From a virus, in the IMG/VR virus record IMGVR_UViG_3300028844_007948, positions 99,425 through 163,424 of that record: DNA of 64,000 nucleotides, one strand, 5' to 3'. The first letter of the stretch is position 1. The number at the start of each line of letters is the position of its first letter. The position numbers and the translations under genes were made by a program. This document shows, piece by piece, positions 37,110 to 47,544 of the stretch. Under the pieces are notes generated by a model, which did not search any database, was not told where the DNA came from, and saw only the letters and a program-made list of their open reading frames with translations.

Positions 37110-39815
37110 ATGAGCGCAGACGATCAATATATAGCATGGACGGCACAGCCACCTTTAGACACAGACATAACACTTTTTGACACGCCTCCTTATGAAGTAA
37201 TGTTAAATAAAAACGGTGAAATAACACAAGGTCAATTTGAAAATTTCACACCAGACCAGAAGATGGATTCAATTTATTTAACAATGGCTGCTAATAAAGC
37301 CAGAAAGACATTGGGCCTTCCTTCGCTAAGAGAGCTGAGGTTTTCAAAAAATCAAGAAGCATATGATCTTGCTGGTTCAAACTCTAGTGGATATACTACT
37401 GACGGAGGAACTACTCGTAAGCCAAACATAGAACTTTTACAAGGAAAATCTTATAAATTTACCTTTCCTCAATTTCATCCTATTAAATTTTCCGAAACTG
37501 AAGATGGAACTCATCAAGAAGGAACAGAATACACAGATTTTATTGTCGAATCTACTTCTACATCCGTCACAATAAATGTAAAGAAAAAAATCCCTTATAC
37601 ATTATATTATTATTGTGGAGCCCATTCTGGAATGGGCGCAAAATTAAGATTAATGCAGCCATATAGACAAGAGGAGGTGGAAACGTTTCATGCATCTACG
37701 AAAGAAAAGATTACTGAAAAAATCTTAAAATTTCAAACAAATCTTTTTCAAAAATTAACTGTTGATGAAGTTGCTATAGATCTTGGTGCAATCCCAGGTA
37801 AGGATACTGAAGCAGTTCAGAATAAAATAAATTCTCTTTATTATATTCCTGAAAAAGATGAACAAACCAACAGGTTAACATCAGACCTTACTCTATTTAA
37901 AGAAAAAGCTAGACAAGGACTTGTGTTTATTGATGAAGAGGATGCTATTGATGCTTATGGAAATATACTTGATGAAGACGAGTCTAATGACTTTCCAGAG
38001 CTTTGGCCTTCTTTTTATGCTCATGCATTTGGAGCTAATGCATGTCCAGTTAATCTTGATAAAGAGTTAAGACCTCTTGTAAATCAGTCAAGAAGATGGT
38101 TTTGGTTAAAAACTACAAGGAAAAAAATTGATAGTAGAATTTTGTTTCAACCTCCTACGGTAAAAGATATTGCTCTACATCTGGATGGTCATGAAGAAAG
38201 TATTGATGTTGTTAGTCAGAAAGCAATCAAAACCGTTCAACCCATGCTTGCTATCGCCGATCTTACAGATCTTGACGACCCTAAAGAAGAAACACAGAAT
38301 GGAATCTTTTTTGATGACATGTATTGTCTAATGAATATTAAAGATCCAGGAATGGGAATTAATTCAAATGGCGGTGGTGGTCAAGACTTGAGCAGGCTAC
38401 AAAGAGTAAGAAAAGCTTTTATCGTAGATGATGATGGTCTAATGTCAGAAATTAACAGTGCTGAATTTGCCGCTACTGATCAACCAAGGGGGGGAGTATA
38501 TATAGGTGGATGTGTTATCGCCCCACCTAATCAATACCTTCTCCCGATTTATGATGATATTCCTAGGCTTGATTTCTTTACTTTTGGCGCTGAAAATCAA
38601 TCATTATCAACCAATAAAAATCTCTTCTGGAGAATCTTCAATGATTTTGCTCGCCCCACATATGCCGACGATGAAACTTTTGATCTTGATAGTAGTGTTG
38701 TTACTACTCCCTTAACAAGTGTTACTCCAGAGGATGTATTAGGCTTAAACCTTGTATGGAGTGAGCCTCAAAACTTTCCACCTTATATTTCAGATGACCA
38801 CTTCCTTCTTCGTGGTGCTGACGGAAAAACAAAAGGAGCCGCATTCCAAAATGTAGACATAGAAGTTTGGACGCCAAGTTTAATATCAACAGAACTTTGG
38901 CTTGATTCCGATGACCTAAGCACAATCACGAAAGACTCTTCTACGAATCTAGTCAGCACTTGGTCAGATAAAAGTGGGAACGAAAATAACGCAACGCAGT
39001 CGAGCAACGCTCTTCAACCTTCTGATGTCAACCTTGGAGATGGCATTGAATTTGACGGTACAAATGAAGGATTTATTTTAACCAATAATATTAGCGAAAA
39101 CGACATAAGCGTTTTTGTCGTGATGAAAGGTGATGGTTATATATTTGCAAATAACCATACTGACCGACTTTTATTTCATAAAATGCCCGCCGACGAAGAT
39201 TATCGTATGTGGTGGAGACTTGAAGACACACACGAGTTCGAAAGAGTGTCTGTTCCAAATCTAAACACTTCGAATGTTCAGATTTTTGAATTTAGCAATC
39301 ACGGAACAAGTGTAGATGCTCGAATAAATGGAGCGAGTGGGGTCAATGATAGTAGTGATAAAAAAATAAACATTGATCGCATAGGGATGAAGTGGGACGC
39401 AAATACCAATGTCCCATCGTGGGGCGGAAATATTTTAGAAATTATTGCAGTAACATCCACGACAGACCGAGAAAAAATCGAAGGATATCTCGCTCACAAA
39501 TGGGGACTTGAAGGAGACCTCCCGTTAAATCATAATTTTAAATCATCTGCTCCTTACACTTCTACCTCAACACCTAGTCCGACACCTAAGCCAAAATTTT
39601 TAGAAACTACCGTTACTAGTACTGATTTAGGTCTTGAAGGTGATGTTATAACTAGAAAATATAGGGTGCTAGAGTCGAATGCTCTATTGAATATAAATCA
39701 ATTCAATTTGGTTAGAAATAGATGGTTCATCTTAGATGAATATGGTTATGATCTTAATTTTACTGCATTTACTGGGCCTAGAGCATATTCAAATGTATTT
39801 CTTTACAACGAATAA
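37110..39815 (+). CDS. Large putative virion protein with cupredoxin-like and LamG-like inserts
   Basis: HPIKF...LYYYCGAHSGMG; WLDSDD...WSDKSGN...IEGYLAHKWG; backbone paralogous to 39923..41929. Confidence 0.7.
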   Translation: MSADDQYIAWTAQPPLDTDITLFDTPPYEVMLNKNGEITQGQFENFTPDQKMDSIYLTMAANKARKTLGLPSLRELRFSKNQEAYDLAGSNSSGYTTDGGTTRKPNIELLQGKSYKFTFPQFHPIKFSETEDGTHQEGTEYTDFIVESTSTSVTINVKKKIPYTLYYYCGAHSGMGAKLRLMQPYRQEEVETFHASTKEKITEKILKFQTNLFQKLTVDEVAIDLGAIPGKDTEAVQNKINSLYYIPEKDEQTNRLTSDLTLFKEKARQGLVFIDEEDAIDAYGNILDEDESNDFPELWPSFYAHAFGANACPVNLDKELRPLVNQSRRWFWLKTTRKKIDSRILFQPPTVKDIALHLDGHEESIDVVSQKAIKTVQPMLAIADLTDLDDPKEETQNGIFFDDMYCLMNIKDPGMGINSNGGGGQDLSRLQRVRKAFIVDDDGLMSEINSAEFAATDQPRGGVYIGGCVIAPPNQYLLPIYDDIPRLDFFTFGAENQSLSTNKNLFWRIFNDFARPTYADDETFDLDSSVVTTPLTSVTPEDVLGLNLVWSEPQNFPPYISDDHFLLRGADGKTKGAAFQNVDIEVWTPSLISTELWLDSDDLSTITKDSSTNLVSTWSDKSGNENNATQSSNALQPSDVNLGDGIEFDGTNEGFILTNNISENDISVFVVMKGDGYIFANNHTDRLLFHKMPADEDYRMWWRLEDTHEFERVSVPNLNTSNVQIFEFSNHGTSVDARINGASGVNDSSDKKINIDRIGMKWDANTNVPSWGGNILEIIAVTSTTDREKIEGYLAHKWGLEGDLPLNHNFKSSAPYTSTSTPSPTPKPKFLETTVTSTDLGLEGDVITRKYRVLESNALLNINQFNLVRNRWFILDEYGYDLNFTAFTGPRAYSNVFLYNE

Positions 39816-39922
39816 TATAAAAACTATTTCACAAATTTTAAAATCCAGGTGTATATATAATGTATACGAGTTATTAATTATAATTTATTTTAAAAAAAAC
39901 ACAATAAAATAGGAGAAATAAT

Positions 39923-41929
39923 ATGGCAAAACAAAACGCAATATTTGGGGTCAATGCAGGGGTTCAAAACAACGTTGAAAAAGTGGCCGTAGCGGCTCAA
40001 CCCTCAAAGGAAGAATCTATAGCAAACGCAAAAAAACTTTTAAACCATGCTAAGAATATTCTTAAGCAACTTCAGGATGGGAATACAAAAGCCCCTTCTA
40101 GTGGTAGCGCTGCTGCTGTTAAAGGAATGTTTCATGCTCCTTTAACTGGGCCTTCAAATAAAATTCATGGTGTAATGATGAATAATGAGCCCTTCAAAAG
40201 AGAAGATATGAAGCATTTCAATAAGCCACCCATAGATCCTATGGTGGATAGGAGAGGTAAAAAAATTACCCAAACCCGATGGGACCAAATGAGTGATTGG
40301 GATAAGCATGATGCTTATACACATACTAAAGGTGCTAATGAGACTCTTGCACAGCAAGGTAAGCCACCTATCAATGATGCCATGATAGCTGATGCTAATA
40401 CTCCTAATGACAATGCAGCCGCAGGGCGAATGCAAGATTTAATCGAAGGCAAACAGAAAGATGGAGCCGCTATTCCAGTTGGTGATCCTAAAGCTCCTGT
40501 GAATGCTAATAATAAGCCGCTTACTGCATTACAGCACGCAGCAAAGCTTGAAGCTCTTAAGGCAGAGGGTATTGTTCCTACTTTTAACAATAACGATGTG
40601 CCGCAAAATGATAATGATGTTGATAGAAATAATTTAGCCAATGCATTGAACAAAAAGGCTATCAGGGGAGAATCTGTTGAGGGACCTGATGCTATTGATT
40701 GGAGTGGATTTGAGCCTAATGGAGATGTTCGTAAAAGCATGGACAAAGGTATTTCATCTAAAACCTTTGCGGGTATGGACAATGATATCAAAAATGCTTT
40801 AAGGAATGGTAATTGTGGCATAGTTATGCCAGATAACTTTGATGTAGACACTAAAAATCGACTGAATCAAGAGGCGGTAGCAGGTAGAAAATTATACAGA
40901 AAGCTTGTGACTCAAGGTCATATTCCCGAAGAAATAGGTTTCGATCCTAAAAAGTCTAATAACGGCAAAGGTGTAGACGCAAGAGCTATTAATACTGCAT
41001 CGAAAGTTCCCATGGTTTTAAATGTTGGCCCTCAAGATCATAATGATCTTTCAGCTGGAGCAGCAAAGGAAGGGCTTATGTTTGATGATGTTAATAAATT
41101 AATAAACATTAAAGATCCTTTTAGCGACGTTGATAGAGCAAGCGGTCTAGGGGGACAGCAATTTGATAAACCGCAAAAGATCAGATTTGGTAAAGTTGTC
41201 AAACACGTAGGGGAAAACAAAGAAGTTCCTATGCTTAAAAACGCCAAAGACATCAGTCTCGGTATAAATGATCAACCTACAGGAGCTGTTTTCCTTGGAA
41301 AACAAAAAGGCCCAAATCAGGGAGGTATAACTGATCGTTCTGTAATTATGGCTCCTCCTCAAATGACACTGCCAGAGGGTCAAAAGGATACTCCTAGAGT
41401 TAGTCTTCAAACTGGGGCAGGAAGAGATGATCCAAAAGTTAACAAAGGCTTATTTCAAAGAATTAAAACTGACTTTAACAATGTTTCAGAAAATGGTAAG
41501 AAAATGAGTACCGCTAAGATCGAAAGTTCTATTAAGGCTGGGGATTGGACATCATTAGAACTTCCAACGACTGATGTTCATCCTGATGCATTTAAACTCA
41601 GAAAAAGTAATTATAACACTGAAACTGCTGTGGATGAAAAAATTCCTGTTTTCAGAGACACCAATGGTCCAATACAGGATAATCCTCCAATGAAAAAGCA
41701 AACCGTCACATTTGGGGGTCAAAGTAGAACCTATGCGGTCCTTGATGATGATGTATCGTATATTCCTGAAGTGGTACAATCAACAGAAAAACCTGGCAAA
41801 AAAGCAGTTAAACCTGTTATCTCTCATGGCGAGGTTATTAGCGACAATCAAGTAACAAGATCTGCTAGTAGTTCACATATGCGAACACCCTCTAACTTTG
41901 ACATATCGAACCTTCAGCAAAGTGCTTGA
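39923..41929 (+). CDS. Putative abundant late/virion protein, paralog of the upstream gene
   Basis: AGGAG RBS, upstream GTGTA motif, downstream terminator; shared FDD..L.NIKDP and DQP.G motifs. Confidence 0.7.
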   Translation: MAKQNAIFGVNAGVQNNVEKVAVAAQPSKEESIANAKKLLNHAKNILKQLQDGNTKAPSSGSAAAVKGMFHAPLTGPSNKIHGVMMNNEPFKREDMKHFNKPPIDPMVDRRGKKITQTRWDQMSDWDKHDAYTHTKGANETLAQQGKPPINDAMIADANTPNDNAAAGRMQDLIEGKQKDGAAIPVGDPKAPVNANNKPLTALQHAAKLEALKAEGIVPTFNNNDVPQNDNDVDRNNLANALNKKAIRGESVEGPDAIDWSGFEPNGDVRKSMDKGISSKTFAGMDNDIKNALRNGNCGIVMPDNFDVDTKNRLNQEAVAGRKLYRKLVTQGHIPEEIGFDPKKSNNGKGVDARAINTASKVPMVLNVGPQDHNDLSAGAAKEGLMFDDVNKLINIKDPFSDVDRASGLGGQQFDKPQKIRFGKVVKHVGENKEVPMLKNAKDISLGINDQPTGAVFLGKQKGPNQGGITDRSVIMAPPQMTLPEGQKDTPRVSLQTGAGRDDPKVNKGLFQRIKTDFNNVSENGKKMSTAKIESSIKAGDWTSLELPTTDVHPDAFKLRKSNYNTETAVDEKIPVFRDTNGPIQDNPPMKKQTVTFGGQSRTYAVLDDDVSYIPEVVQSTEKPGKKAVKPVISHGEVISDNQVTRSASSSHMRTPSNFDISNLQQSA

Positions 41930-41950
41930 TAAATAACAATTAACATTTAA

Positions 41951-41982
41951 AAAAGGCGAGGTAAAACCCTCGCCTTTTTTTT
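41951..41982 (+). terminator. Rho-independent terminator
   Basis: aaaaGGCGAGG-taaaac-CCTCGCC followed by T8. Confidence 0.88.
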
Positions 41983-42107
41983 GCTTTGCTTTGCTTTGTT
42001 TTTTTGTTATAATACTATTATTATTTTTTTTGTATTCTTAAAATTTTTTTTTGAAAGATTTCCTATAAAGTTCGAATACCAACACTAAACCATTTTTTAG
42101 AACCTTT

Positions 42108-42977
42108 ATGTCGGCTCTTACAATATCCATATGCACTAATAATAGTTTTTCCTATTTGAGGAAGTGTTTAATTAGTTTAGTAAAACAAACTAATAAAGAG
42201 TTTAATTTAATAATTCAAGATAATTATTCTAATAATCTCAATAAAAAAAAGGTGAAAGAAGTTTTAGGTGAGATCCTTGATTATAAATATATTTATAAAC
42301 AATGTTCTGGGTTGTCAGAATCTAGAAATATTTGTATTAAAAATTGCGAAACAGAATATATACATTTTTTAGACGACGATGTTTTTTGCCCAAATAATTT
42401 TGTTGACAATTTAAAAGTCTTTTTGTCAGAAAATAAACCTGTCTGTGTTGGTGGTAAAGTTTTGCCTGATTGGGGGGGGATAGTTAAACCAGACTGGCTT
42501 ACTAATAATTGTTTACCATTTCTGTCTATTGTAGATTTTGGTTACACTAACCTAGTTGACCCCCCTTTCCTTGCTGGAGCAAATTTGTGCTTTAAATTGG
42601 AGGTCTTAAAAGATCTCGGCGGGTTTTCTCAAAACTTAGGAAGAATCCAAGATAAAAATTGTTTACTTAGCGGAGAAGAAACTAAAGTTATTAGTTTGCT
42701 AAAAGAGCAAGGTTTAAATCATTTCTATTGTCCAAGTTTTCCTGTTTTTCATGCTATGAAAAAAGATAGACTAACAAAAAAATGGCTAATTAAACGTGCC
42801 GCCTGGCAAGCTGTCTCGGATTTTATTTCAAACAATTACGAGGCATATGAATTTAAAAACGAATCGATTAAAAATCATATCTACAGAATTTTTTCCGCTA
42901 ATTCCTCAAATATGGATGAGGTTCTTTTTTCTGTGAGAATTATTGTTTACAAACTTTTATTTGGTCTTTATGAATAA
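42108..42977 (+). CDS. Glycosyltransferase family 2
   Basis: ICTNN, DNYS, GLSESRN, FLDDD, AGANL, SGEET. Confidence 0.88.
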   Translation: MSALTISICTNNSFSYLRKCLISLVKQTNKEFNLIIQDNYSNNLNKKKVKEVLGEILDYKYIYKQCSGLSESRNICIKNCETEYIHFLDDDVFCPNNFVDNLKVFLSENKPVCVGGKVLPDWGGIVKPDWLTNNCLPFLSIVDFGYTNLVDPPFLAGANLCFKLEVLKDLGGFSQNLGRIQDKNCLLSGEETKVISLLKEQGLNHFYCPSFPVFHAMKKDRLTKKWLIKRAAWQAVSDFISNNYEAYEFKNESIKNHIYRIFSANSSNMDEVLFSVRIIVYKLLFGLYE

Positions 42978-43884
42978 TAAAAATATAATTTTGTGCTTTA
43001 GGCATCAAGCATTATTTCAAGGCAGGACAATGTCAACATTTTGTGGGTTAGGAGATATATTAAAAAGCTTTGTTAATGTTTATATATTTTGCAAGCAAAA
43101 TGGAATTGGATTTTATTTAAATTTTGACCATCATTGCATTAAGAAATTTTTAAATTTTAAAAAATTTGATTTTACTAAAACTTTTAAAGACATAGAGGTT
43201 CCAAAGGTAGTAGATTTCGTTAGTGGTTCTAATTTTTATTCTTATTTATGTGAATCTAATGAAGAGAACATTTTTTTAATGACAGATGGTAACAATATAT
43301 CTAATTTCTCTTATGTAGAAAACCTTGAAGCTGATTTTAAAGAAGTTTTTTTAAGCAATGAAAAAATAGCCGACAATATTAAGAATCAATATTCGGAACC
43401 TTATAATGTTTTTCATGCTAGACTGGGAGACGGAAATATGGTATCAAAGGATTTCCTAGATGATTATTATCTAAGAGACTTCTCTCATCAATATTCTGCA
43501 TATGATTGGTACAATTCTATCGATTTTAACTTTTCTTACGATTTTTTGTATAAGAATTTTAGCGAAGAAATAGCTTCTTCTGATTTCATATGTTCAGACC
43601 ACCTTTCTTTTAAAAAATTTATTTCAGAAAGAAGCGAAGTCAGATATGTAGATTTTGAAACAGTGCATTTAGGGCTTAAAAATTCCATGAAAAATATAGA
43701 GAAAACTCTTTATGATTTTTACATTTTATATTATTGCGACAATGCTTTTTCTGTATCCCATTATCCTTTTGGAAAAAGAGCTAGTGGTTTTGCATACTGG
43801 ATAGATAAAATTTTTATAAAAGATTTTAAATATTTTTCTTTTGATTGGCTTTATCAAAATATAAAACCATTAAAAGTCTATTAA
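42970..43884 (+). CDS. Putative fucosyltransferase (NodZ/GT23-like)
   Basis: CGLGD, FHARLGD, CSD, DFYIL, SGF motifs. Confidence 0.55.
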   Translation: MNNKNIILCFRHQALFQGRTMSTFCGLGDILKSFVNVYIFCKQNGIGFYLNFDHHCIKKFLNFKKFDFTKTFKDIEVPKVVDFVSGSNFYSYLCESNEENIFLMTDGNNISNFSYVENLEADFKEVFLSNEKIADNIKNQYSEPYNVFHARLGDGNMVSKDFLDDYYLRDFSHQYSAYDWYNSIDFNFSYDFLYKNFSEEIASSDFICSDHLSFKKFISERSEVRYVDFETVHLGLKNSMKNIEKTLYDFYILYYCDNAFSVSHYPFGKRASGFAYWIDKIFIKDFKYFSFDWLYQNIKPLKVY

Positions 43885-45015
43885 ATTTTTTCTTTTTAAG
43901 TGTCCTATTCTAGCCCTTAAAGAGTTTATTGATATGCCCATCATTTTAGATATTTCTTTTTGAGGTGTTTTATTTTTTAGCATTTTAGCTAATTTTTGGC
44001 TATCAATTTTAATTTGATTTCTAATCTTTTTTAATAAAGGATACCAACCTTGTTTCACACAAAGAGAAACTATTTGCTTATAGTTATATTTATTTCCAAA
44101 GAAATGTTCGCATAAATCTTTTGATGTGTATTTTTTAGGATTTAAAATTAGGATTTTTCCTATTTTATCTCTGTCTTTTTTTTCTATTGAGCATCTTGGG
44201 GTATTAAAAAAATCCTCGATTGCATTATTACCCTTCGTTACTTTATCGTAAGATTCATCTTTGAGGCTAAATCCATTAAAATGAGCTCTTACTTTATTTT
44301 TTATTTCTATAAAAGATGCGGATACTGCTTGTCTTGTTATGTTCAATTTAATTGCAATTTCATCGTGAGAAAATCCAGACTCTAAATATGCAAAAACTTT
44401 TCTTTGCTCATTCGTCAGTATAGATGAATAATCTTTTATTATTTTTAATATTTTTTTTTGTTTTTCTTTTTCGTCAAAATTATATCCAGCATCTTCAACA
44501 CCCTCTTTTTCCATTATAGCCTCATAAGTACTCTTAAGACCATTTTCTTCATCATAAACGGTTCCATCAACTCTTCTCTTAATATAAGATTTATTAATTA
44601 ATGTCCCTTGGCTCCATTTTATTAGATTTCTAGCATATATAAAAGCACAATGCTTAAAACTCTTTTGATTAAAAATTTTATTATTTTTGATGTATAAAAT
44701 TAAGTTATTTCTTTTTTTTAATAAAGATAAATTAATTTCGCTTGCCAATTCTTCTGCTGACAACAAATGAGTATTATATCTATATTTTGCTATTATCCTT
44801 TCGATGTCTTCCTGAAAATCTTCCAACCATATATTATATTTTTTTATTTGCAATTTCGTAGCCTTGAACTCCTTTTTTTCTAGCCTTTTTTGTGGAATTT
44901 TATATGAGCTTTTATCTACAGCTTCTGTTTTAAAAGTTTCTTTGCTTTTTGGTTTTCCATCTACATCAAAATAATCGTATAAAGTGCCTGGAATGTATGA
45001 TTTTTCTCTTTTCAT
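43870..45015 (-). CDS. Atypical sigma70-family factor with additional C-terminal HTH domains
   Basis: Region-4 HTH LTNEQRKVF...SHDEIAIKLNITRQAVS; extra HTH QKEISKMMGISINSL; paralog of 46029..46703. Confidence 0.65.
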   Translation of the reverse strand: MKREKSYIPGTLYDYFDVDGKPKSKETFKTEAVDKSSYKIPQKRLEKKEFKATKLQIKKYNIWLEDFQEDIERIIAKYRYNTHLLSAEELASEINLSLLKKRNNLILYIKNNKIFNQKSFKHCAFIYARNLIKWSQGTLINKSYIKRRVDGTVYDEENGLKSTYEAIMEKEGVEDAGYNFDEKEKQKKILKIIKDYSSILTNEQRKVFAYLESGFSHDEIAIKLNITRQAVSASFIEIKNKVRAHFNGFSLKDESYDKVTKGNNAIEDFFNTPRCSIEKKDRDKIGKILILNPKKYTSKDLCEHFFGNKYNYKQIVSLCVKQGWYPLLKKIRNQIKIDSQKLAKMLKNKTPQKEISKMMGISINSLRARIGHLKRKNLIDF

Positions 45016-46042
45016 GGGTTAAACGGGGTTTTGAAAGGACTTGGGTATTCTTTTCTCCAATCCACTTCTCCTTTAGTTTCTCTCATCATTTTTTTAAGGT
45101 GAGAATATTTAATATTTAAAATCTTAGCGGCATCAGATCTTACATTGTTAGATTTGGCTAAAGCTTCTTTTATTCTTGGCTTCCAGTATTCTAACCTTTT
45201 ATTCCTTCTGGATAGCCCTGTGTTTTTTATATTTTCGTTTTTTTTTTAATTTGTTCTTTTGTTAGATTGAAAGGTACAAATCCATTATCCATCATTCTTT
45301 TTATTACAACTTTTTGGGTCGCAGATCTCTCTTCTTTGGAAACTCTGGGCGGCGGATGTTTTTCATAAGGGTATTCTTTATTCCACCAATCAAGCCCGTT
45401 GATTCTTTTCATCAACTTGTATAATTGGGTTCTACCCATGTTTAGGTATTCAGCTGTCTTTTTTCTATTATTGCCTGATTTTATAAACCCCTCTATTATT
45501 CTTGATTTCGTTTGTGCCATTTCTTTTTTATCCCATTCAACCCATTCTGTACCATTCCATTTCTTACCAATCCTTTTTTCTATTGGTAAATGCTTTCCTT
45601 TTCTATGTAAAGTTGAATAGCTATTTGGACCAGACTTAAATCCAATAGTTTTTAAATGATTATAATTTGTTTTATTGAATCTATTGGTGTATCCATCAGG
45701 TCTTTTTATTTCGAATTTAAATATGTGGTCATTCTCATTTGGATATGCTGCTAATTTTATTTGATCCCAATTTGCAAAAGTTAATTTTTTATTTTCTATT
45801 TTATATCCAGAGTGAAACATAAACCCTTGAATTGATTTTATTTTTATTTTATCTTCTTGTAATCTGAGCTTTAATATTTTTTTTGCATTTTTATATGAAT
45901 TTGATTTTAAAAATGTTTTAAAATCTTTTTCTGATCCATCTTCATATACCTCTGTATACGCAATATTCCAATATTGGTCGAAAGGATAATCAGTTTTCCT
46001 AAAAACCTTTTGGCAGCATGTTTTTTTCCTACCCCTTTTCAC
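45012..46042 (-). CDS. X-domain protein with two Fis-like HTHs (-1 frameshift at A10, 45238-45247)
   Basis: Frame 0 stops at 45227; the -1 frame continues with a second HTH (RIKEALAKSNNVRSDAAKILNIKYSHL...WRKEYP) to a TGA at 45012 overlapping the next ATG. Confidence 0.7.
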
Positions 46043-46703
46043 TTTGAAATAATCTCTCCATAGATTTATAACCTTCTGAAATTTTCTCCCAACATTCGTC
46101 GTTTAAGAAATTATTCTTAATTCTACATTTTAATTTTTCCTCTAACCTTATGACGTTAAAACTTATCGCCTGATGAGTTACTCCCATTTCTTTAGCCATA
46201 TCTTTTTGCTTTTTTCCTTGTAGTAGCATGTCAATTAACTGAACTTCATTTTTAGTCAAATGGTCCGAGTAATTTTTAATTAATTTTAAAAAATATTTAT
46301 GTTTTTGGTTTTTGTCAAAATCGAAGTCATGATTAACCCCCTCAGTATATTCCATCATTTCAAATGAACTTTTCTCCCCCTCTCTTGTTTTGATGACACA
46401 ATCCAATCTCCTTGAATTATATTTATCCTCAACTTTTCTGCACTGATACCAGACAACAGCATTTTTTATAAAACTACAAATTTGGAACCTAAAACATTCA
46501 AAATTGAACTCATCAAACATATCGTTTCTAAAGTTTATAATCTTATCTTTTCTCTTTAAAATGTTGAAGTTTAAATCACTAGCGATTTCTTCAACACTCA
46601 TTAAGTGGTTATCTCTTCTCTTTGACCCTATTATTCTCATTATATCAGGTTGAAATTCTGATAAATATTTGTAAAACTTTTCTTCTTCTTCTTCTTTATT
46701 CAT
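46029..46703 (-). CDS. Atypical sigma70-family factor
   Basis: VEEIASDLN region-2-like helix; LTKNEVQLI...QKDMAKEMGVTHQAIS region-4 HTH. Confidence 0.65.
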   Translation of the reverse strand: MNKEEEEEKFYKYLSEFQPDIMRIIGSKRRDNHLMSVEEIASDLNFNILKRKDKIINFRNDMFDEFNFECFRFQICSFIKNAVVWYQCRKVEDKYNSRRLDCVIKTREGEKSSFEMMEYTEGVNHDFDFDKNQKHKYFLKLIKNYSDHLTKNEVQLIDMLLQGKKQKDMAKEMGVTHQAISFNVIRLEEKLKCRIKNNFLNDECWEKISEGYKSMERLFQSEKG

Positions 46704-47311
46704 ACTAAATTTTTTAATTTTTCTTGGTTTTTCTTGAATGCTTGTTCTGCTAATAGATGGTTAATTTTATACTTGAATAAGTAATTATTTTCATTAGGAA
46801 AGCTGCAGTTTCTAATATTGTACCAATCTTCTATGGACAATCTAGCTCCATCTTTTTGCAAAAAACTAGAATGAAACATGAACCCTTGAATTGATTTTAT
46901 TTGAGAACAATCAGAGTCTTCGTTGAATTTTTCTTCCAATATTCTTTTTGCGAACATTAAAGATCTCGCCTTAATCACTGAAATGTATTTAGTTTCAGAT
47001 TTATCTAAATTTACCACTTCGTAGTACATCTTCCAATATTGGTCGTAACCAAATTTTTTATTTTTAAATTTATTTTGCATATTTATTTTTTTCTTTTTGG
47101 TAAAGCATTTCCTGCATCCCTTCGTTGCCTCTGGCGTGTTTTTGCATGTTCTTAAGTGTTCTCTGGGTAATATAAAGAAATCCCCATGAGTTTTGCATTT
47201 TAATTTTACTTTTGTTTGATTGTTAATATAGACTATGTCATCATAATTGTATCTATCTCCATGAATACTTATAGCTTGTTTAATAAATTCTTCTCTAGTT
47301 TTTTTTTTCAT
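46700..47311 (-). CDS. Zinc-ribbon (homing endonuclease-type) + X-domain protein
   Basis: EEFIKQA...HGDRYNY...CKTHG...GCRKC followed by DQYW...KSIQGFMFH...FPNEN. Confidence 0.7.
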   Translation of the reverse strand: MKKKTREEFIKQAISIHGDRYNYDDIVYINNQTKVKLKCKTHGDFFILPREHLRTCKNTPEATKGCRKCFTKKKKINMQNKFKNKKFGYDQYWKMYYEVVNLDKSETKYISVIKARSLMFAKRILEEKFNEDSDCSQIKSIQGFMFHSSFLQKDGARLSIEDWYNIRNCSFPNENNYLFKYKINHLLAEQAFKKNQEKLKNLV

Positions 47312-47544
47312 TCTTTTTTGTCAACTTTTTTATCGACTCTTTTTCTGAATAAAATATTATTCTCATATTCGCCCACAGACCTTCCAATCTTAAAAGAAAA
47401 CTTGTCTATGAATATTATTAATCCCACTATAACATATAGAAAATAATTTGTCAACTCTATATTTAATACTAAAAGATATATTAATAATCCATAAGGTAAA
47501 AATTTATTTACTAAATATTCTAACATTGCTTGATTATTACTCAT
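47308..47544 (-). CDS. Small two-TM membrane protein
   Basis: Two hydrophobic stretches; overlaps the ECF sigma stop; ATGA-coupled to the next gene. Confidence 0.6.
   Translation of the reverse strand: MSNNQAMLEYLVNKFLPYGLLIYLLVLNIELTNYFLYVIVGLIIFIDKFSFKIGRSVGEYENNILFRKRVDKKVDKKE

Noticed and set aside
41981-41998. (TTGCT)3 microrepeat after the terminator
   Set aside because: Too short to support; probably part of the terminator tail or a -35 element
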